Shown: one piece after another, positions 53,343-64,000 of the stretch
Layout: each line of letters opens with the position of its first letter
How positions within the stretch are numbered: the first letter of the stretch is position 1
Assembly (NCBI GenBank): GCA_951406725.2
Contig: OX597814.1
Location: 222,270,001-222,334,000 of the forward strand
DNA from: Octopus vulgaris
Taxonomy: Eukaryota
Direction: 5' to 3'
DNA: 64,000 nt
Translations under genes and position numbers: made by a program
The notes under the pieces: generated by a model
The model's database searches: none
What the model saw: only the letters and a program-made list of their open reading frames with translations
What the model was told of the DNA's origin: nothing

Positions 53343-53423
53343 TCTAAGCCTTGTATAAGAACACTCACATCAGACGATGGGTGTAAGGTTGTCAGACTCA
53401 GCATAAAGAGGAGACAACCACCA

Positions 53424-53540
53424 TGTATGTATGTATGTATGTATGTATGTATGTATGTATGTATGTATGTATGTATGTATGTATGTATGTATGTATGTAT
53501 GTATGTATGTATGTATGTATGTATGTATGTATGTATGCAT
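53424..53540. repeat. (ATGT)n microsatellite
   Basis: Directly visible. Confidence 0.95.
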
Positions 53541-54018
53541 GTATGTATGTATATATGTATGTATGCATGCATGTTTGTATGTATAAAGAAGCTATAAATG
53601 CTGCAATTTCTCTTGCTGTATATCTAAGAAATATGTTCACCGGTGCAAACTTACTGTAAATTGAAATCATAATAGAACTGATTGTAACGTATATTATTAG
53701 TTTTGCTGAGATTCAGAAACGGATACTTTTGGCAAGATTTGTGCTCAGAACTACATAAACTGCAAATATACTTAGTGTTATATCTTTTGCAGGGCCATAT
53801 TACTATACAGCAGCAGAAGAGCAGAAGTCTTGTGTATATATATATAGATTGGATTTGAAAAGTAGCAGATAGAAAAAATCATTTCTAATATGCAAATAGT
53901 AATATTTCAGGCAAAACGCAATTTATTATATTCTGTGAACGTAGCCGTTAGCGAAAATATATTGCAAGAATTTGGTGGGTTCTTCTACGAGAAAATGTCA
54001 TCGTCAACGATAACAATG

Positions 54019-54072
<54 letters not shown>

Positions 54073-54559
54073 GAAGAAGAAGTAGAACGAGAAAGAGGAG
54101 GAGGAGAAGAAGAAGAAGAAGAAGAAGAAGAAGAAGAAGAAGAAAAACAACAACAACAACAACAACAATGGTTTCAAAATTGCTAAGGAACAAGCACTTT
54201 CGAACAAATCTGATGAAGAAAATGTTTGATAAAACTCAATCAGACAGCAAAGGTAGGATTTGCAAGGACACGAAGTAAGTAAGGTATACTAGCACAAAAG
54301 TGCAGACATAACTGTGTAGGCAAAATAATTCATTGGGTCGTTAGCCGAGTGTGTGACTTAAAACAATAGAAACGTGGTTCGAACACGAACCAGAGTCAAT
54401 GATAGAAAATAAGTATCGCAAGGTATTAAATAACTTCCCCATAAAGACTGACCATTATGTTGTGGCAAGTTGACCAGATAGGATTGTAGAGGACGAAATA
54501 AAAAAAGTGTGTGAGGCCATATATTTTGAAATTCCCAAATGATGACAGAGTCAATACCA

Positions 54560-54772
54560 ACGAAACCGGAAGCACAAGGCCTCAAATTTGGGGGAAGGTA
54601 TAAAATTGATTACCTCGACTCCAGTGCGTGACTGGTACTTATTTAATCGACCTCGAAAGTATGAAAGGCAAAGTCGACCCCGACGGAATTTGAACTCAAA
54701 ACGTAGCGGTAGACTAAATAACGCTAAGCATTTCGCCCGGCGTGCTAACGATTCTGCTTGCTCGCCACCTTA
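54560..54772 (-). mobile_element. SINE family C
   Basis: ctggtacttatttaatcgac..aaggcaaagtcgac..gctaagcatttcgcccggcgtgctaacgattctgc..ctcgccacctt. Confidence 0.88.
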
Positions 54773-54775
54773 ATA

Positions 54776-54909
<134 letters not shown>

Positions 54910-54911
54910 AA

Positions 54912-54981
<70 letters not shown>

Positions 54982-54984
<3 letters not shown>

Positions 54985-55534
54985 CCCTGATGCAGTACCA
55001 GGCAGTGGCTCTCATGGCTTCTGATCTTAACTGATTGGAAGTGTTATCATGTACATTGTTTTGTCTTGGTATAAAAGATGGGCTACAGCAAATATTCTGC
55101 TCAATACCGCAAATTTGCTTGTCAGTTGTTTGACCTTAACCAGTTGGGCATGTCCCTTAGTGGCTGACGATATGCGCATCTCTGATCACGAGCAGGAGTA
55201 GTGAGTGAGCATCATAGCTATGTGTCCAGAAGGATTCTTTGGAGTTTGACTAATTCACCTTCGGAAACATGGGTGTTTCTTTCAACAACCTTAAATAACC
55301 CTTATTCAGGGGCCATTTGAGCGGGATGGGCTACTCGACCTAAAGAAAATTCTAACTGGACCCCGCCTACAAGGTCATTTGCTGTTTATCTTAATATGAG
55401 ATCACCATGTCGCGCACATGTGGTTGTGATGCATGTCCCTAGTGTACCCTTATCAGACGGGTAGTCATGATGGGTATACTGGGCTTCGTATATTTTACCC
55501 CAGTGTCACTTTTAATGGTATGCACTGCTCTCTC
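54982..55534 (+). mobile_element. Repeat family D
   Basis: Starts ataccctgatgcagtaccaggcagtggct after (GAT)n(AAT)n(ATT)n and ends in (AAT)n. Confidence 0.9.
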
Positions 55535-56570
55535 AATAATAATAATAATAATAATAATAATAGTAAGAAGAAGAAGAAGAAGAAGAATTTCTCATATATA
55601 TGCATATATCTGGATTCATAGCACTACTTGAATTATTCACAGTGTTTGAGTAGTGCTTATTTTATTGATTATTAGATAATGAAAGAGATATCAATCTTGG
55701 CATAAGTTGGACTCAGAATGTAATCAAATATAACGTAATAGTGCTGTACTGCATATAGTCAATACCAAATTAGGCAACTATTCATCTAAGACAGGCAAAA
55801 TCAAATTTTCCTTTATATAAATACTATTGTATGGAATTCGTTAAAAAAGATTGGGATGAAAAACTTTTTATCCGAGTTGTTAAGATATTGTTAGATATGG
55901 AGCATTTAGGATAAAAACATGAGGTAATATCAATAATGATTGCACTGGAACACAATAAAGCTAATTCTAATTCCTTTCTCAATACATTAATCATTCTAAA
56001 ATTTCAACTCCCATAGTAAATAAAAAATTATATAAACCAATAGAATAAACAATTATTTACATTAACAAACTAGATAACGATATACGTACTGCAATAGGAA
56101 TAACGACTTCTCGTATACGCAGGAGTCGATTCATTCACAGTTAAGCTTATCGTTGAATTTTATCAAACTTATTACTTTCTGCTACTTTATTTTACCAAAA
56201 TTGGTATGTCAAGGTTACCTCAAAGGGGTTTGGAATTCGTAACTTCAATGGCCAAGGCTGTGTGGAATTCGTCAAGTTTGTATGACAAGTGGGGTTATCT
56301 GCAGATACATCAACTTTCCCACAACACGCGACTCTACTATGCTGACGTTGAATACCCAAGTTATGTTTAACTCATGAAATTCTTCACAACAATAAATTTA
56401 AAATGTTAACCGCTGCATGTCGTTGAAACTACGACCTACATTAACTGTAAATATTCACAAAGAATAAATATGTATTCATTTTTAAGGTGTGCTAGGGAAA
56501 TAACAGTAAAAATTTGACGACGCTGAGGAAGACAGCAAAGACTGACTTAGTAGATTTGTACTCCAAAATA

Positions 56571-56938
56571 AGTGGTTAGGGCAGCGAACTCGCGGTCATA
56601 GGATCGCGGTTTCGTTTCCCAGACCGGGCGTTGTGAGTGTTTATTGAGCGAAAACACCTAAAGCTCCACGAGACTCCGGCAGGGATGGTGGTGATCCCTG
56701 CTGTGCTCTTTCACCACAACTTTCTCTCACTCTTACTTCCTGTTTCTGTTGTACCTGTATTTCAAAGGGCCGGCCTTGTCACTCTCTGTGTCACGCTGAA
56801 TATCCCCGAGAACTACGTTAAGGGTAACGTGTCTGTGGAGTGCTCAGCTACTTACACGTTAATTTCACGAGCAGGCTGTTCCGTTGATTCGGATCAACCG
56901 GAACCCTCGTCGTCGTAACCGACGGAGTGCTTCCATCC
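56571..56938 (+). mobile_element. SINE family B with 11-bp TSD
   Basis: TSD actccaaaata at 56560-70 and 56939-49; reverse complement of 52963-53342. Confidence 0.93.
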
Positions 56939-57009
56939 ACTCCAAAATAGAAACAGATACTTATTTACGGCAAGGTATTGTGTACACTCTCTACTGCGCT
57001 ACAGTAGCA

Positions 57010-57059
<50 letters not shown>

Positions 57060-58670
57060 GCACAAAACAGTCATTTCTGAGATAAAAAGAAGGAAAGAAG
57101 TCTTCTCGTTATCATAGTATAAATGTATATAAGTATATCAGTACACGACTGGTATTTTTTTTTTACCTATCGCAAAATAATGATAGTTAAAGCCAACGCC
57201 GGATAAACTTCAACACCGGCATAATGTTTTAATGTAGAGAATCACCGTCATTTGTCAAAAACATTTTTCCGGATTTTGATGAAATACGTACTGAAACGCT
57301 GTTTGGATTAATTCTATCGCTACTACGTTATCGCCAAGACAAATAGATTTGTGAGTTTTACTAAAGAAATCACAGCCATTATCATTCTGCTTCGAGAAAA
57401 TGTGGATGAGAAAGCTGCAATGAATGACAATCGGTAGAGCGCCGGGCGAAATCTATTGTGAGAGTTACTTATGCTTCTTTATTTTCTAAACCAAAAACGT
57501 CAGTGCTGATAAGCCTTTCATTCTTCGGCGATCAATAAGTAAGATTGAGTTCCTTGGATTGATTTATTCGACAAAGCTCTCTCCCCAAATGATGTGTAGC
57601 TGAAATATTTTTATACCGCTATTAATTGTTCATCAGCTCCGTCAAAGCTTACAACTACTACTACTACTACTACTGCTGCTGCTACTACTTAGTAAGATAA
57701 CATATATATATATATGATCAGTTTTACTACTTATGGGAGATTGTTTAGCGGAATATTTCGTGAGAATAATTAAAGTAGATTGAGAGAAAAAAACATGTGA
57801 GAGTATGAAGGAATCCAAAGAGAGAGAAAGAGAAATATAGAGAAAGAGAGAATGTGAGAAAGAGAGAGAAAGAGGAAGGGAGAATGTGAGAAAGAGAGAG
57901 AAAGTGAAGAAAGAAATACAGATAGAAAGAGAAGTATGACAAGTATCCTTAAGAATGTTTGCCCCCTGCCTATAGATTTTCCTCATCTATTAGCGAAATC
58001 TCTGTTAGCCGAGCAAACCACTATCTCCTATATGCTGGACTATTCAACAGAAATATAGTTGAGTGTAGTTTCAGAGAATCATTAAATATCGATTTTCTCA
58101 TGCCATTTAATGAAAGATACTTCATTAAAATCGATTGCTCTGTCAATTTAATATTTATTTTTCCAATAAATAACTAAACTTTTGTGAAATTTTGTTAGAA
58201 ATTTTATACATTTGTCTTTTCCGTATCATCTTTTTCTAATTTATTTTCTCAATTATCCATGCCCTAACAGATTATTATCATTTAAAAATGAATATAGCTT
58301 TCTTAAATAGACTCACTCAACACACCAAACAGATAAAAGGGAAATAACATCATCTCGTATCCATCACTTTCTCTTTCTCATAGTTAATAACTATGGAAGT
58401 GAAACTGACTGCTATGAGTAGCGAAACCACATTCCAAACTATATAGTTGGATGCTAAATATTTACAACTTCCGTCTTTTAGCACGGATACCTTCATTTTA
58501 CCCGCTCGAAATCACACGTTTTTTTTTTTTTCTCTTCGATCTCTTCCTTCTTTGTCTTCACAAGCATTTCCTATTTGAAGCGTTGTAACTTCTTTCTTTT
58601 TCCAAAATCATGACTATAAGTTCGTAACTGTGACATTGATAGATATAATACTGCCTAAAATGGAATTTTA

Positions 58671-59050
58671 AGGGCGGCGAGCTGGCAGAAACGTTAGTAC
58701 GCCGGGCGCGTTACGTTCTGAGTTCAAATTCCGCCAAGGTCGACTTTGCCTTTCATCCCTACGGGGTCGATTAAATAAATAACAGTTACGCACTGGGGTC
58801 GATATAATCGACTTAATCCGTTTGTCTGTCCTTGTTTGACCCATCTGTGTTTAGCCCCATGAGGGTAGTAAAGAAATAGGTATTTCGTTTGCCGTTACGT
58901 TCTGAGTTCAAATTCCGCCGAGGTCGACTTTGCCTTTCATCCTTTTGGGGTCGATAAATTAAGTACCAGTTAAGCACTGGGTCGATATAATCGACTTACT
59001 CCCTTAGTCTGTCTTTGTTTGTCCCCTCTATGTTTAGCTCCATGTGGGAA
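58671..59050 (+). mobile_element. SINE family C dimer
   Basis: Head agggcggcgagctggcagaaacgttag, then two tandem bodies starting cgttacgttctgagttcaaattccgcc at ~58709 and ~58893. Confidence 0.9.
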
Positions 59051-59614
59051 ATAAATATAAAATGGATCTTTATGTTTTCTAAAGTACATCAAAAGGTGAC
59101 TTCGCAGATTCTTCTTTGTCTGTCAAATACAATCGTACGGACAATCCGTAAGAAGATCAGGGTGAGATGTACAGACGGAACAAAGAGAGAAAAAAAGACA
59201 CTGAAATAAAGAAATTGAACGAGATAATAGATATGTTTAGCACTGCCACGCTGAAGACATTTTTACTACTATGTTTGCAGGTCATGTGAGCATGTAGCGA
59301 TATATTTTAATGAGGTGGTAAATTAACTTTTTTTACCTGGAACACAATTGTACTTCAACAAATCAAGAAGAAGCGAACTGAACAACAGGATCATTAGCTT
59401 CCCTCCACAACCGACTTGAGGTTAATGAAACCGTTACTTGAAGGAGTAGAAGATATTCTACTGAACATATGTGGACATATGACAATGTGACTGATGAGGA
59501 AGGTATATTTACTTTTGGGGTTGTGCTCCGTGAAGTTGTGTGCAAATCCGCCGGCTTAATAGACAGGTGAGCATTTCGACTCAGAAGTGCTATTTGAGGA
59601 ATAAACACTATGAA

Positions 59615-59990
59615 TATTCTTTTCAAGTTTTGACACAAGGCCAAAAGTTTCGCGAGGTAGGAAGTAAGTCACTTACATCGACACCAGTATTCAGCTGGTA
59701 CTTATTATATTGACGCCGAAGGAATGAAATGCAGTGTTTGCTATCAGAACGTAAAGACGGATGAAATGCCGCTAAGCATTTCGTCCGGTGTGCTAACGAT
59801 TCTGCCAGCTCAGCTTAGCGGTACTTCGTCTGTATTTACGTTCTGAATTCAAATTCCGCTAAGGTCGACTTTGCCTTTCATCCTTTCGGAGTCGATACAT
59901 TAAGTACCAGTTGCGTACTAGGGTCATTCTAATCGACTGCCCCCTTCCCCCAAAATTTTGCGCCTTTTCCCAAAGTAGAAAGGAATATTA
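59615..59990. mobile_element. Two family C SINEs fused head-to-head
   Basis: Minus-strand copy ends ..tctgccagctc at 59810; plus-strand copy starts gcttagcggtac at ~59813. Confidence 0.8.
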
Positions 59991-60323
59991 TCCTCTTTCA
60001 CTGAAAAATAATGTGTGCTCGTATGGTTATGATTCTCGCTTCGGATCCACATTCAATTATACGATGTGTCACACTTTTAGAAAGTGTCTTCTAGCAGAAA
60101 GCAGAACGACAATTTCATATCACTTTTCAAAAGAATATGATGATATTTGAGAAAGATTTTGTTGCTACTTCAAGTAGATCAAACAACCATTTAGACGCTA
60201 TCGCATTAGTTTGCTAGACATACATTTTATCAAGTAGATAATGAAAATTAATTTGCCAGCCCTCTAGTAGATTTGACTAATTTATTACCATAATACTTGA
60301 ATTATGTAATGAATATACTTGAT

Positions 60324-60724
60324 AGGCGTAGGAGTGGCTGTGTGGTAAGTAGCTTGTTTACCAACCACATGGTTCTGGGTTCAGTCCCACTGCGTGGCAC
60401 CTTGGGCAAGTGTCTTCTACTATAGCCTCGGGCCGACCAAAGCCTTGTGAGTGGATTTGATAAACGGAAACTGAAAGAAGCCCGTCGTATATATGTATAT
60501 GCGTGTGTGTGTTTGTGTGTCTGTGTTTGTCCCCCTAGCATTGCTTGACAACCGATGCTGGTGTGTCTATGTCCCCGTCACTTAGCGGTTCGGCAAAAGA
60601 GACCGATAGAATAAGTACTGGGCTTACAAAAGAATGAGTCCCGGGGTCGAGTTGCTCGATTAAAAAAGGCGGTGCTCCAGCATGACCGCAGTCAAATGAC
60701 TGAAACAAGTAAAAGAGTAAAGAG
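60324..60724 (+). mobile_element. SINE family A, full length
   Basis: Same sequence family as 52318-52747. Confidence 0.93.
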
Positions 60725-61810
60725 ATGGTTTAGTTCTACGAGTATATGTCAAGGGAAACTAACAATAACGCGCCCAGATCTACGAAGAGGGACGAATGTT
60801 CTCTTAAGTTACCGAGCAATGGAAGTGAATCCTAAAACCATGTAGTAGCAACGCAAAATTCTTAACCATATAACCATATCTACAATCACAGACATTGGTT
60901 TTTAAGTGTAATGTTCGCACAATTTTAAGTGAAATGTTTACACATTTTCTCCAAATGTTGAGATTATCTGTTTTAAACACATGTACAAATGATGCTAAAG
61001 ACGCATGCGTAGTGAAAATATAAAATAGCTTCGAACGGAATTCGAACAGAGCCTCAAACAATTCAGAAACATCATTCTATGATTCATGCTTCAATTATCA
61101 TCAACTGGATAACTGAACTTTATAAATTTGTTAAACTAGATTGTTTTTTTCGTTGTAAATTTTTGTGAGCACACAAGGTATCTAAGACCTTATTTAATGT
61201 CTATTAAAAAAAAAAAACACCCCGAGTTCAAGAGCGAGTTGTAGTTTTAGCTCTTATTTCTACCTTCATTCGTAGAGGTTCACTCGTTGGCTCAACATGT
61301 TATCACTATTAAAATCAATAGTTGCGATTCAGATGTATCTTTTTTATTGCTCCCAGTGAAAAGAAAGATTGAAACCATCTTTGAAACATGTTTTGACGAC
61401 AGCATAAACTCTGAAGTGATGTTAAACGAATAAATTATAGTAAATTTTCTAATTATTTTTGTGTTTTTTTTTCTAACGTGAAAACAATCTATCTATTTAT
61501 TGCTGGTTGATTTTGCTCAGAGGAAATATGCTTAAGTGAAATTGAAAGCTAAAATGTCAATGTTATATTTTAGTTTGGAAAGATTTATAATGTGAGCATA
61601 AAACAGATTATTCACAGAGGAACTCAAATATTACCGTACTCTAATAGTATACATTTTATCTATATAATGAACGGCTATTATGACACCTGATTGAATTATA
61701 TCGATATAAATTTTTATATAAGTTGAGAAATATTAACTTCCGCATTAAGTTTCACATTAAAATACAGATTCCATTAGATGGCAGTCATTACTAATAATGT
61801 TGTATTGTTT

Positions 61811-61862
<52 letters not shown>

Positions 61863-62736
61863 TTTGTAGTTGCTTGAGGTTATAACACAAAATTATTTGA
61901 AAGCAAAGCTAGAAACAATTTCCGATATATCTATATTCAGCTGATAGCATCTATTATAGGTAACGTGATTTTTATTTTACACAAATGGATAGTAACATCT
62001 ACGGCATCAGGTGATTTATTTTTGAAATTTCCGCATATATAAGAAATCTTACCAAGAAAGCATACATGATTCAGTAGAAAAACTGAATTAAATGCAACTA
62101 TGTCAATACAACGATTCCAAGGGTTCGTTTGATTTTTTAGTCAAGAAGGAAAGCAATTCTCATGATGCTTTCTGATGCCTCCATAACTGGCGGGTAGAAA
62201 ACAACAAGGTATCTTCAAATCCGAGGATTGCTTCGAATGTTTTAACAGTCAGGCATCCACTATCTTCACCAAAGATTCCAAAGATTGGCGGTGTAGAATC
62301 TTGAGGTGTATTAAATGCATCATGCAAGTACGCTAATGCATGATCTGTGATATGCAAACAGAAGGTACTAACCGTAATAAATACAAGAAGTTTCAGGCGA
62401 TGAAGTTATATGCCTGCTAACCCACTTTATTGGCATTTTTTTTTTATCTATCTCGAATCTCTGTCCCACTGCTCAACCTGTCCCACCTATGATCTCGAGC
62501 AAATTCAGTTGTGGTTACATGGAAATAATTGCGTAATCCCTTGTTGTGTTGTGCTGCTTCTTAACGTCTTTCTTGTACTACTTGTTTTATTCTTTTCTTC
62601 TCCCCGTCTTCCAATATAAACTCATTTCTAACCCTCACTCAAAAGGTTTCCCCACGAGTTAGATATCTCAACAAGTTTCCTTGTACAATATGCACACATT
62701 CTTCCACACTTATCAGTTCCTTTCCTCCATTTGCTA

Positions 62737-62774
<38 letters not shown>

Positions 62775-64000
62775 ATATATATGCAGACTTCAAGTCAAAT
62801 CGTCCCAACACTTTTCACACATAATGTTATAATTTCAATACATCAAATAAATAAACTGAAACAAATAAATTAAAAGTAGCTTTTACTAAAAGTGGCATTT
62901 CTTTCCTCGTGAAACAATATAAATCTGATAGAATTTGCAAACATTCATCGCTCTGAACTACACAAATGTTCCACGTGCATAAAAGCTAATAATACACGGG
63001 ATTATAGACGAGATTTCTTCGACATTTACATTAAACAGAAGACGGGAAAACTATAGCAAAACGACGTCGAAACATCATCCCATATACAAAATTTGGTTAA
63101 CGAAAATAAATAAATACATCTACAAAAAAAAATTGATATCTTAGACAGGATAAAAGCGACTTGCAGAAAAGAGAGAAAACAATCACAAGCTGCCTCACTC
63201 GAACAAACCAGATAATTCTTTGCACATTTAAAAGCAAAAATGAATTCTTCCTATGCTGAGTACAAGTGTATAACTAGAGTGTAGTATATGTGAGTTACAT
63301 ACAGAAGGAAGACAACCATAATGTTGAGCATGTGTATTTATGTGTCCTCCTATTTGATAAGAGTAAACCGGAAACACGCATACACACAAGACAAGAAAAG
63401 GAAGAAATTCCTCCCCTGCTAAATAACTAAAAAATCACTTACGAATACATAATTGTAAATGTTATTCTTTACTAATCCGATCAAATCTGTACCAGCTTAT
63501 GCTACTTTCAACCTCAAACTCTGTGGAAACTCGAACCTAGTCCACCTCAAAAATTAGCCGCCAAGTCCTGTAGTTGAATATATACAAAACATTCATGCAT
63601 ACATAGATCTACGTATTTACATAAAGACTTGTATTTCAGTCGACATTACCAGTGAGGAAGAGAATAATTAAAAACAACTGCGGAATAGAATTTTCCACCC
63701 AGATTTTAGATATATCTTAGCAGCTATAACTGGTAGAGGTTGATACCAATTATAAATAAATGTCTTAGTAATTCGTTTGAATATCTAATGAAAAATGACC
63801 AGCAGATTTGCACATTACAAATAAAAGTATCAGAAAAGTAATTATATACACCAAACTTGAATTGACTTGAAAATAGTATATATACAGCGATACAACTTTT
63901 ATTTATTAACAACTGGCTGATTTATGTATAAGAAGAATTTACATAATAAATAATTACATCATATATACTTGCATAGATATACTTGTGTGTGTGACATATG

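Noticed and set aside
56571-56630. tRNA-like sequences here and at 6391-6460 and 53270-53340
   Set aside because: These are SINE heads continuing into repeat bodies (two with TSDs), not tRNA genes.
59385-59566. Plus-strand GSLASLHNRL..*..IFTFGVVLREVV resembling protein-kinase subdomains V and IX, followed by ag|gtgagc
   Set aside because: In-frame stop, no HRD/DFG/APE motifs and spacing far too short; probably chance.
62160-62357. 65-aa minus ORF with a possible acceptor (tatcacag)
   Set aside because: No convincing donor and no recognisable domain.

Overview
AT-rich, microsatellite-dense animal genomic DNA. The SINE repertoire and (TA)n/(AAT)n load suggest an octopod cephalopod (inferred from recalled repeat sequences, not a database hit). 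Most of the window looks intronic. Only two coding exons are well supported: minus strand 52217-51951 and 43843-43698, which splice in frame and encode tandem PAN/Apple domains of a probably large extracellular protein. The rest is mobile-element debris: several SINE-like families, three mariner copies, a Tigger-like MITE, two Helitrons, R4/Dong-type LINE fragments, a decayed Mag-type Gypsy element with an internally inverted RNase H segment, and Penelope-like elements (PLEs). The most striking pattern is four insertions of shared fold-back architecture: an inverted copy, a 9-22 nt spacer, then a sense 3' segment that runs past the inverted part. Arms are 69, 50, 55 and 164 bp; three sit inside (TA)n tracts and the fourth ends in (CT)n/(TA)n. 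Two carry type I hammerhead ribozymes with a much enlarged stem II, and one carries the C-terminus of a PLE GIY-YIG endonuclease. Four more degenerate or variant hammerhead-like motifs occur elsewhere. Nearly all ORFs in the supplied track are microsatellite artefacts.
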